A DNA stretch of 20,000 nucleotides from an uncultured virus (IMG/VR IMGVR_UViG_3300028840_003224) (IMGVR_UViG_3300028840_003224:53905-73904), one strand, 5' to 3'; numbered from the stretch's first letter, positions 1 to 7,256 are shown. Program-made: numbers and translations. Notes: a model not told the origin generated them from the letters alone.

Positions 1-2
1 AG

Positions 3-338
3 GAAGGCTTCCGTGTCACGCAGGTGGATATGTACACCATGGTTGACGCCGAGTCAATCGAACGAGTCTGGTTCGACTGCGAAGACTTCGGAGATGAAAT
101 CGCGAGCGAGATCCGGTACGGCGAAGTAGAGACTGGCCTCGAAGCCCCGTACAATCGTCACTATGAAGCCAGGGAGGTCGGCATCCAGATTACAGATGGT
201 CGGTGGATCGGCTGGACGCACTGGTACGGCGGTGGCAAGCACGGCGATCCCGAGTCAATCGACTGGCAGCCGTACGCCTACTTCCTGGAGTGCACCGAGA
301 AGCTGGTCAAGGTAAAGACCTGGAAGGCGGTGGACTAA
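3..338 (+). CDS. Hypothetical phage protein, 5'-partial
   Basis: Frame is open from the window start; TAA 336-338 overlaps the next ATG (TAATG); contains GWTHWYGGGKHG. Confidence 0.75.
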   Translation, partial: EGFRVTQVDMYTMVDAESIERVWFDCEDFGDEIASEIRYGEVETGLEAPYNRHYEAREVGIQITDGRWIGWTHWYGGGKHGDPESIDWQPYAYFLECTEKLVKVKTWKAVD

Positions 339-715
339 TGTGGAGCCTCTGGCACCCCGAGAAGACTGAGCATGGCCTTCAGTTCCGGCTCAGCTACAAC
401 ATCAACTGGCAAGCCGCCGAGCTGCACGTCATAAAGAACGAGTTCGTCTACGGTTCGCCTGCTAAGCGGTTCCTCGCTCAGACCGAGTGGGTCGACCTCG
501 AAGACCTCAAAGGGAGCGACGCAGATCCCAGCTTCCGAGTAAAGGACCGGGAGGGCGGGAACAACCACTTCCAAGCTCTGTTCGACTGCTTGTGGGAGCA
601 GGGCTACCGACCACCATCCGGCGAGGACCGGAACAAGGACGCCATCGTGCAGGCTAAGGACAGCCACCTGGACGACCTCCGAATGATCATCAAAGGACAC
701 ATGGACATACAATGA
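338..715 (+). CDS. Hypothetical protein (MWSLWHPEK...)
   Basis: ATG 338 coupled to upstream stop; ATGA overlap with next gene. Confidence 0.75.
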   Translation: MWSLWHPEKTEHGLQFRLSYNINWQAAELHVIKNEFVYGSPAKRFLAQTEWVDLEDLKGSDADPSFRVKDREGGNNHFQALFDCLWEQGYRPPSGEDRNKDAIVQAKDSHLDDLRMIIKGHMDIQ

Positions 716-981
716 ACAAGAACTCTCCGTTCTGGCCGGTCAACGACGCGGCCTCCCGCCAAGTCTACGCGTCGCCGCCAACGCTGGCGGTCGTCCGCAT
801 CTACTCATCCGTCAACTACTTTGAAGATCGCAGGTTGGAGTTGGAGTGGCGAGGCAGCAAAGCTCTCACCGTGGCCCAGCTGTACGACAACGCCTTGGGC
901 GGTTACTGGATCGAGGACGCTTTCATGCCTCGCGAGCACTTGCGTTTCATCACTGTCGGCAAACCATTTACAAAGGACTAA
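712..981 (+). CDS. Hypothetical protein
   Basis: ATGA overlap; AAGGA upstream; fits gene tiling. Confidence 0.7.
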   Translation: MNKNSPFWPVNDAASRQVYASPPTLAVVRIYSSVNYFEDRRLELEWRGSKALTVAQLYDNALGGYWIEDAFMPREHLRFITVGKPFTKD

Positions 982-983
982 CC

Positions 984-1793
984 ATGTGGAAACGAATTCG
1001 TATAGCTATCGTGGTCGCTCTTATTACGACCGCGCTATTGATCGGCAGCCAACTGAAGGCCCAGCCGTTCCAGACGTACCCGGAGCAGAGGTGTGTGAAG
1101 AACGAAGGCTACGGGATGATCATCAACGACTTGGAGTGTCACGCCAGGGCGGGACACCCGATGCGGAACGAGAAGGACCCAGGGAACTGGGTTCATGAAC
1201 TCTGCCACCAAGTCAGCAGCGACATCCGTTGCAAGACCAAGGCGAACGACAACGCCATCTACCTGCTGAACAATCACTACGTGATCTTCGTCGAGCCAGA
1301 CGTCACCTTGAAGCAGGTGGCTGCGATGGTGCACAAGACGCGGCGGACTGAGACCTGGAAGTTGTACCTCGTCGAGCAACAGCGTTACTGGAACCGCGAG
1401 CCACTCTACATCCTGGACGAGGGCAACGCGTTTGCCATGAGCGTTCTGTATCACACGATGGCGGGCACCGAGGACCCTTACAGGTACACGAAGGCGAAGG
1501 AATTCATCTACTTCTCCGAGGTGCTCCTGAAAGCCGTCAAGTATTACGACCCAGACTACGCCCAGCTGGAAGACCTGGAAGCGTTCATCAAGTACCAGAA
1601 CAACCGAGTGAACAACATCCTCAAGCTGTACGACTACGAGGGTGGCGGCCCTGTGCCTGATGAGATCATCCCGGATGAGCTACCGGTGCCTGATGAGATC
1701 AACCCTGACCTTCCAATCGACTACGTCTTCAGCGGAGCCAGCTATCACAACCGTGGCCGGACGAAGAAGTTCTTTAAGAAAGCGGGGAAATAA
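984..1793 (+). CDS. Secreted or membrane-anchored protein with HExxH motif (putative zinc metallopeptidase)
   Basis: AAGGA RBS then ATG 984; basic plus hydrophobic N-terminus ending LKA-Q; WVHELCH motif with a downstream DE; Pro/acidic C-terminal linker. Confidence 0.65.
   Translation: MWKRIRIAIVVALITTALLIGSQLKAQPFQTYPEQRCVKNEGYGMIINDLECHARAGHPMRNEKDPGNWVHELCHQVSSDIRCKTKANDNAIYLLNNHYVIFVEPDVTLKQVAAMVHKTRRTETWKLYLVEQQRYWNREPLYILDEGNAFAMSVLYHTMAGTEDPYRYTKAKEFIYFSEVLLKAVKYYDPDYAQLEDLEAFIKYQNNRVNNILKLYDYEGGGPVPDEIIPDELPVPDEINPDLPIDYVFSGASYHNRGRTKKFFKKAGK
1653..1701 (+). repeat. Direct repeat GTGCCTGATGAGATCA x2, 33-bp period (PVPDEI)
   Basis: Copies at 1653-1668 and 1686-1701. Confidence 0.85.
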
Positions 1794-2050
1794 TGGCAAG
1801 TGCACTAGCAAGTTTCATTTTGGTGGCCTGTTTATGTGGCATGCTCTTCTTCGCAATCATCGTGGTCTCCAACGAACGTGACGAGTATGCGAAGAAGTGG
1901 CGGGATCAACTGGCCGAAGTCACCCGCTTGCAGTTCCTCTGCAAGGACAACAGCAAGTCTTCGCAGAAGGCAATCGATGAGCTGAGGCTGCGCAACTCGG
2001 CCATTATGGCTCGGCTCGTCGAGATCAAAGACATTGTGGAGGACGTATGA
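1793..2050 (+). CDS. Membrane-anchored coiled-coil protein
   Basis: TAATG coupling; N-terminal hydrophobic helix then heptad-like segment. Confidence 0.7.
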   Translation: MASALASFILVACLCGMLFFAIIVVSNERDEYAKKWRDQLAEVTRLQFLCKDNSKSSQKAIDELRLRNSAIMARLVEIKDIVEDV

Positions 2051-2223
2051 AACCGAGCGCAATCAAACTCCTGGCTGCCGTCCGTGACGCCCACTCAGCC
2101 CTCGACAGGTTCATCGCCGCCGAGGGGTGGCGTCACGAGGACGAGATAAAGCCAGCGTACTGGGCAGCCGTGCAAGCCCTTGAAGACTTCAAAGCAGAAA
2201 TGGAAGAGGACCCTGGCCTGTGA
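2047..2223 (+). CDS. Hypothetical 58-aa protein (MKPSAIKLL...), not in ORF track
   Basis: GGAGG RBS, ATGA overlap at 2047, GTGA overlap with the HNH gene. Confidence 0.7.
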   Translation: MKPSAIKLLAAVRDAHSALDRFIAAEGWRHEDEIKPAYWAAVQALEDFKAEMEEDPGL

Positions 2224-2729
2224 GCGAGAAGTGGAAAGACATAGAAGGCTACGAAGGTGCATACCAAGTGTCTGACCTTGGGCGTGTCCGCTCGTTGCCT
2301 AGGGAAGCCAAGCATCCGACGCACGGAACCTGCCAGTTGAAGGGCCGGGTGCTGAAACACTTCTTCAACAATTTCGGGTATCACCAAGTTGGGCTATCTG
2401 GAAGAACCTTCAACGTTCACAAGCTGGTGGCAGAGGCGTTCCTAGGCCGTCGCCCAGAAGGTCACGAGGTTCGGCACGGGCCAGCAGGTTTAGGCGACAA
2501 CTCTGTTGACAATCTCAGCTATGGCACCCGACAGCAGAACGCGTTAGATCAACGAAGAGATGGAACCCATGGAGGGTCACCAGTAATCAGGAGTGACGGT
2601 GTTCGCTTCATAAACATCAGTGTTGCGGCTGAGGAGAGCGGTACATACCACAGTAACATTTGCAAAGCTTGCACCGGACAACGAAACACAGCAGGAGGGT
2701 ATAGCTGGACTTATGAGATTCAGACCTAA
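2220..2729 (+). CDS. Free-standing NUMOD4-HNH homing endonuclease with C-terminal NUMOD1-like HTH
   Basis: EKWKDIEGYEGAYQVSDLGRVRS (NUMOD4); VHKLVAEAF...VRH...DN..DNL......N (HNH); NICKAC..RNTAGGYSW tail. Confidence 0.92.
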   Translation: MSEKWKDIEGYEGAYQVSDLGRVRSLPREAKHPTHGTCQLKGRVLKHFFNNFGYHQVGLSGRTFNVHKLVAEAFLGRRPEGHEVRHGPAGLGDNSVDNLSYGTRQQNALDQRRDGTHGGSPVIRSDGVRFINISVAAEESGTYHSNICKACTGQRNTAGGYSWTYEIQT

Positions 2730-5283
2730 CACATACTATATAGATTCTGAGACGGTTGGCTTTCAAGGTCTCATCACCCTCATCCAGTGGGCTTACGAGG
2801 ATGGGGATGTTCACCTGCACAACCTCTGGGATGTGCCGGTGCGTGACACCATTGAGCTGCTGGAGAAGTTCGTAGAGAAGGGTAAGACCCTGTGCTTCTT
2901 CAACGCCAACTACGACACGTTCCACATGTGCAAGGTGTACACGATGTGGAAGCTGCTGGCTGAGCGTGTAGGTCCTGACGCTGTGCCGAAGAACATCCAC
3001 GTGGATGTCCTGGCGCAGGCAGAGAAGGACGCCCGAGACGGCGACTGCTACAAGCCTGACAACGTCATCTGCCTGATGCTGCACAGCCGCAAGGGCAAGT
3101 TCCAGACGCTCATGTCGCGGCACGACGTGCGTGTGACGAAGGTCCCGAGACAGCTCGGGTCGAAGCTGGCTCAGGAGCTGGAGAAGCGTATTGAGCTGGA
3201 CGGCATCTTGTTCGCTAAGAGAGCCAACCCCAACGCTCCGAAGTGGGGCGTGTACGACAGGATTAAGAAGGGCAAGGAAGATGAGATCGATCCGGACTTC
3301 GTCGATGTTACACTGAAGTTCAAACCTGCGAGAGGGCTGAAGTATCTGGCCGAGCACTGCCTCGGTCTGGACCCTGAGTTCCACTCGTTCAAGGATGTCT
3401 ACCCAATCCGCCCGCACAAGCTGGCAGAGATCGGGTACGCTCCGTTCGCCTTGGGAATCAGCAAGCCTGAGGTGGATTGGAAAGTATGGGATAAGCAGCG
3501 TAAACTGAAGGGCTACGCATGGCCCGCGCTCATTCATATTGACATTAAACACTGGAGAGATAATGAAGAGGCTAGACGCTACGCACGAGACGACGTTGTC
3601 TACACACGGTTGCTCGACGAATACTTCGGCTTCCCAGAAGCAGGAGACAATGACTCAGTGCTTGCATGCATGGTCGCCTCTGTTCGTTGGCATGGTTTCA
3701 CCATCGACGCCACAGAGATCGCCAGACTACTTGCAAAATCCCGCCAAGTGCTTGAGGCATCCCCGGTAAACATCAACAAGCCTTCCAAGGTCAAAGAGTA
3801 CATCCGCGAAGTGATGGACGAGACCGAGGCAACCTTGATCGACAAGAGCACGAAGAAGGCGAACCTGGAGAAGATACGTGACGAATACATTGTTGATCCT
3901 GATGATTGTGACCCTGAGCTGGGCGGTGAGCTGTGCATTAAATGTTTTGGCGACGGCTGCATTCGGTGTTCTGAAGCGGGCTTCCTCCCGGCTGGACCAA
4001 CCCCAGCGTCCAAGCGGGCCGACGAGATCCTGCACATTAAGGCCGCAGCGAAAGAAGTCGAACTGTACACAAAGCTGCTGCAAGCCGGACGGTTCCACGC
4101 CGCGTTCAAAGTTATTGGAACCTTGTCATCCCGTATGGCGGGCGGGGAAGGTCTCAACGCGCAAGGCATTAAAGGGTCTGACGAAGTTCGGTCGAGCTTC
4201 CCGCTGAAGTGGGGAGGCATGGTTCTGTGCGGTGGTGACTTCGACGGCTTCGAGGTGACCTTGGCAGACGCTGTGTTCCAGGACGCCAAGCTACGGGCTG
4301 ACCTGCTGGCTGGCAAGTCTATCCACACCATGATGGCGGTGGAGATCTATCCGAACAAGACTGAGGAAGAGATCAAGGCATCGAAAGGATATAAGGACGG
4401 TGGCGATGTCGATATGTACACTCGTGGCAAGCAGGCTGTGTTTGCAACATTGTACGGCGGCGACGCAAACACCATCAATAAAAAGCTGTCGATTCCTAAG
4501 AAGGTCGCCGAGACCGCATTCGACAACTTCCAGAACAAGTACCCAGGCATCAAAGCAGCACGTGACAAAGTTGCCGAAGACTTCGCAGCTCTGGAGCAGC
4601 ACGGCGAGGTTGGTACAGGCAAGATCACGTATAAGGTGCCTGCTGAGTATGTCGAAACGTTCCTCGGATTCCGACGCTACTTCCCTATCGAGAATAAGAT
4701 TGCTAAGGCCATCTTCGACCTCGCCCACGACGTTCCCAAAGCCTGGAGACGACTTGACTTTAAGGTCGTCCGAAGAGACCGAGAACAAACGCCAGCGGGA
4801 GCAGTGTCATCGGCGTTATATGGAGCAGCTTTCCAGATACAGGCAGCGAATATCCGGGCGGCTAACAACCACCTCATCCAGTCACCTGGAGCTATGATCA
4901 CGAAGGACTTGCAGCGACAGATCTGGGACATCCAGCCCAGCGGTGTGAACCCCTGGCGGGTGGCTCCGATCAACATCCACGATGAGGTGCTCAGCGTGAC
5001 CGACCCGGACTACGTCGACGAGGTGACCGATGTCACCTTGCGGGTGGTCGAGTCATACCGCGACCGGGTGCCGCTGATCGGCATGGACTGGGTCAAGAGC
5101 ATGGAGAACTGGGCAGGGAAGAAGGGCGCGAAGGAAGCGGTCATCTCCATCGGCCCGCACGGCATCAAGGAAGTGTTCGACGACGAAGAGTACGTGGCCC
5201 CGATGGGGATCGAAGAACTGGAGGCGTTGGACGAAGTGCCTGACCCCTGCCTAGACCTTAGCAGCTTGGAGAACATGATATGA
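2713..5283 (+). CDS. polA: Family A DNA polymerase with 3'-5' exonuclease, no 5'-3' nuclease domain
   Basis: ExoI IDSET, ExoII FNANYD, ExoIII YARDD; SSRMA..LNAQGI; motif A GDFDGFE; motif B KQAVFATLYG; NHLIQ; motif C NIHDE. Start taken at ATG 2713. Confidence 0.93.
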   Translation: MRFRPNTYYIDSETVGFQGLITLIQWAYEDGDVHLHNLWDVPVRDTIELLEKFVEKGKTLCFFNANYDTFHMCKVYTMWKLLAERVGPDAVPKNIHVDVLAQAEKDARDGDCYKPDNVICLMLHSRKGKFQTLMSRHDVRVTKVPRQLGSKLAQELEKRIELDGILFAKRANPNAPKWGVYDRIKKGKEDEIDPDFVDVTLKFKPARGLKYLAEHCLGLDPEFHSFKDVYPIRPHKLAEIGYAPFALGISKPEVDWKVWDKQRKLKGYAWPALIHIDIKHWRDNEEARRYARDDVVYTRLLDEYFGFPEAGDNDSVLACMVASVRWHGFTIDATEIARLLAKSRQVLEASPVNINKPSKVKEYIREVMDETEATLIDKSTKKANLEKIRDEYIVDPDDCDPELGGELCIKCFGDGCIRCSEAGFLPAGPTPASKRADEILHIKAAAKEVELYTKLLQAGRFHAAFKVIGTLSSRMAGGEGLNAQGIKGSDEVRSSFPLKWGGMVLCGGDFDGFEVTLADAVFQDAKLRADLLAGKSIHTMMAVEIYPNKTEEEIKASKGYKDGGDVDMYTRGKQAVFATLYGGDANTINKKLSIPKKVAETAFDNFQNKYPGIKAARDKVAEDFAALEQHGEVGTGKITYKVPAEYVETFLGFRRYFPIENKIAKAIFDLAHDVPKAWRRLDFKVVRRDREQTPAGAVSSALYGAAFQIQAANIRAANNHLIQSPGAMITKDLQRQIWDIQPSGVNPWRVAPINIHDEVLSVTDPDYVDEVTDVTLRVVESYRDRVPLIGMDWVKSMENWAGKKGAKEAVISIGPHGIKEVFDDEEYVAPMGIEELEALDEVPDPCLDLSSLENMI

Positions 5284-5573
5284 GCCAAAAGGACATGCTG
5301 CCAAAGATGCTGCTTGTCAGAGTTCGCATCAACCCAGATGGCGATGGGTGCACTGGGTTGTACGGCCCTTTCGGAATCCTGATAGCTGGAGGCGATGAAT
5401 ACCACGACAGCATCAGTGCGTACATCGACGGGTACGTGGACGCCCTGTCCAACTACCACGAGGTGAAGGTGGAGAACTGGACGCTGCCGAGCGACCACCC
5501 GGAGACTTACAACATCAACTGGATGCCTCACGACATCCTTGATCTGCCTATTGAAGGGATGGAGAAGCCATGA
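5280..5573 (+). CDS. Hypothetical acidic protein, probable paralog of next gene
   Basis: ATGA overlap; shares GLY...SIxAxIDGYVD pattern with 5570-5872. Confidence 0.75.
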   Translation: MSQKDMLPKMLLVRVRINPDGDGCTGLYGPFGILIAGGDEYHDSISAYIDGYVDALSNYHEVKVENWTLPSDHPETYNINWMPHDILDLPIEGMEKP

Positions 5574-5872
5574 AGTTCGACATCGTAGTAGTTGAAGGGG
5601 ATCGCGGGCGGATGGGCCTGTACGTGAATGGCGGGCTGGAGATGGACGACTTCACCTGTTCTCAGTTTCGGGTGTCTACCTCAATCCAGGCCCGCATCGA
5701 GGGGTTCATGGATGGCGTCGACATGGTCTGCGATTACCATCCGGACGGATACTCATACACACTCTCCCAATGGCGTTACGTGGGCCCTGAGAGCCTCTCA
5801 GAGGGTTACGTGCACAACGGGCTTCCCATGTACCTGACCGAAATCCAGGAAGTTTTCCTGGAATTGATTTGA
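5570..5872 (+). CDS. Hypothetical acidic protein
   Basis: GGAG RBS, ATGA overlap; GLY...SIQARIEGFMD. Confidence 0.75.
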   Translation: MKFDIVVVEGDRGRMGLYVNGGLEMDDFTCSQFRVSTSIQARIEGFMDGVDMVCDYHPDGYSYTLSQWRYVGPESLSEGYVHNGLPMYLTEIQEVFLELI

Positions 5873-5896
5873 CACCGGTCTGGGGTGGTGTATGAT
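5869..5896 (+). promoter_or_regulatory. Sigma70-type promoter TTGACA-N16-TATGAT
   Basis: -35 at 5869-5874, -10 at 5891-5896, followed by TTAGGTAGACAAAACA. Confidence 0.8.
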
Positions 5897-5932
5897 TTAG
5901 GTAGACAAAACATCACAAACAAGGAAACAGAC

Positions 5933-6208
5933 ATGCCGAACGAATCAAACATGCGAAACCTAAAGGCCCTGATGGACCTGCTGTCGGACAACCACGCTGA
6001 CATCACCGCACAAGCGGCTCACGTCAACGCACGAGTCATCTTGGCCGACGAGCGCAACTCGGAGCGGGCTGGTTCTGGCAGTGTAAGCCTCAAGTGGGCC
6101 GCTCGCCAGTTGGAGACCCTGGAAGAGCTGCTGGATAATCAACGGCGGCGAACGGCTCGCGTCCTGGCAGAAGTCAAAGCAATCAGAAAGAATCTGAAAA
6201 CGGTTTGA
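5933..6208 (+). CDS. Hypothetical coiled-coil protein
   Basis: AAGGA RBS then ATG 5933, just downstream of a promoter. Confidence 0.75.
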   Translation: MPNESNMRNLKALMDLLSDNHADITAQAAHVNARVILADERNSERAGSGSVSLKWAARQLETLEELLDNQRRRTARVLAEVKAIRKNLKTV

Positions 6209-6218
6209 AAGGTGAGCC

Positions 6219-6497
6219 ATGAAACTTGAACAATGGGCAGTGTCCAACCTCAGCGGCCCTTACACTCCTCCGGAGTGTCAGATCCGGTGCATCTCGGGAG
6301 TCGTCAGCGGGAGCCCGCTGTTCGAGGACGGGAAGTTCATCACGACGTCGCGCATCGTCTCTGTAGAGGGCCGAGTAGTGACGACCAACAGCGGCAGCGA
6401 ATACACCCTGGGCGACCCAGACCCTGACTACGTCGCGTGGTGTGTAGAGAACGGCTTCGACCCGCCGTCCGAAGAAAACCCTATCCGAGTCCTTTGA
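6219..6497 (+). CDS. Conserved-looking phage hypothetical protein (TSRI...TNSGSEYTLG)
   Basis: AAGGTG RBS; typical codon usage. Confidence 0.75.
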   Translation: MKLEQWAVSNLSGPYTPPECQIRCISGVVSGSPLFEDGKFITTSRIVSVEGRVVTTNSGSEYTLGDPDPDYVAWCVENGFDPPSEENPIRVL

Positions 6498-6522
6498 GGA
6501 GGGAAGCTTATGAAGATTTAAT

Positions 6523-6551
6523 TTGACAAGGCAACATTTGTGTGATAAGAT
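6523..6551 (+). promoter_or_regulatory. Sigma70-type promoter TTGACA-N17-TAAGAT with extended TG, heading the RNA cluster
   Basis: -35 at 6523-6528; TGn then -10 at 6546-6551 in an AT-rich intergenic stretch. Confidence 0.8.
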
Positions 6552-6755
6552 TGAGTATACCTTTAACGTAAACAGAAGAACAAGGCCACCGACCGAACGG
6601 CTGTGGCAGACAACCAACCAGGAGGACAGACCAATGTTTCAGGGGCTGTAATGGCCCCATCAGAGGACGACGAGCTAGGTGCTCAGTAGTGGTGAAATTG
6701 AGATAAATGATTTACCTCATACGATAAACAACACAGCCTAGCAAGTCAACACTGT

Positions 6756-6824
6756 GGACGCTTAGCTCAGTATGTTGAGAGCGCCCCGCTTGGGGAGGTC
6801 GCTGGTTCAAATCCGACAGGTCCA
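6756..6824 (+). ncRNA. tRNA-like RNA with collapsed anticodon arm (CCCC-GCTT-GGGG)
   Basis: TA-GCTC...GAGC D arm, AGGTC variable loop, TTCAAAT T loop; acceptor-like stem extends 6751/6828; anticodon arm 12 nt instead of 17. Confidence 0.7.
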
Positions 6825-6830
6825 CAGTAT

Positions 6831-6903
6831 TCCGGGATGGCGCAGTTGGTAGCGCGGCAGATTGTTAATCTGTAGGTCACTGGTTCGAGCCCAGTTCCCG
6901 GAG
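6831..6903 (+). tRNA. trnN: tRNA-Asn(GTT), CCA not encoded
   Basis: TCCGGGA/TCCCGGA acceptor; GCAGA-TTGTTAA-TCTGT anticodon arm; ACTGG-TTCGAGC-CCAGT T arm; discriminator G. Confidence 0.95.
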
Positions 6904-6965
6904 CTTGGTGAATTCTAGACGCGAGCACCTCTCTACCGGGACGTGGTGCGAAGCACACCAATGAC

Positions 6966-7034
6966 ATGTTTGTAGCTCAGTTGGTAGAGTGCCGGTGCCA
7001 CCGGTGGTCGGGGGTTCGAGTCCCTCCAGGCATG
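6966..7034 (+). ncRNA. tRNA-like RNA with 3-nt anticodon loop (CCGGT-GCC-ACCGG)
   Basis: Canonical D arm (TAGCTCAGTTGGTAGAGT) and T arm (GGGGG-TTCGAGT-CCCTC); acceptor ATGTTTG/CAGGCAT; anticodon arm 13 nt. Confidence 0.75.
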
Positions 7035-7047
7035 CTTGAAAGAGAGT

Positions 7048-7144
7048 GCGGAGAAAGAGGCGGGCAACAGTCCGGTTTTGACCTCACTAAGGCGAAGCAG
7101 TTTTGTGAGGAAGCTGTGGACCTCGACCCTCCGCTATTGAAACA
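7048..7144 (+). ncRNA. Unknown structured RNA, copy 1 (four-way junction, kissing loops)
   Basis: Stems GCGGAG/CTCCGC, GAGG/CCTC, CGGGC/GTCCG, GTTTTG/TAAGGC, GCAGTTT/AAGCTGT; loops ACCTCAC and TGTGAGG complementary; covaries with copy 2. Confidence 0.75.
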
Positions 7145-7151
7145 GAAGGAA

Positions 7152-7252
7152 GCAAAGTGAGGAGGCGGGCAGCGGCCCGGTTTTGGCCCTCACCAGGGCG
7201 AATCAGTATTGTGAGGGTGCTGAGGACCTCCAAGATCTTTGCAATTGAAACA
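7152..7252 (+). ncRNA. Unknown structured RNA, copy 2
   Basis: Stems GCAAAG/CTTTGC, GGAGG/CCTCC, CGGGC/GCCCG, GTTTTG/CAGGGC, TCAGTAT/GTGCTGA; loops GCCCTCAC and TGTGAGG. Confidence 0.75.
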
Positions 7253-7256
7253 CCAC

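Noticed and set aside
2713..5283. Intron or intein in polA
   Set aside because: Frame is continuous, motifs are in order, no C...HN intein ends; the HNH gene lies upstream, not inside
6642..6658. GGGGCTGTAATGG resembles a tmRNA 5' end
   Set aside because: It closes at once as a local hairpin with GCCCC; no TTCGAC follows and there is no matching 3' acceptor/T arm ending CCA
6905..6961. Possible degenerate tRNA or GCGAAGC mini-hairpin between tRNA-Asn and the next element
   Set aside because: Only TTGGTG/CACCAA and one short hairpin pair; no convincing cloverleaf
7048..7252. Repeats as a CRISPR array, or as hammerhead, HDV or c-di-GMP motifs
   Set aside because: Units are about 95 nt, diverged and lack spacers; no CTGANGA core; strand order does not fit HDV; no downstream ORF or terminator for a riboswitch
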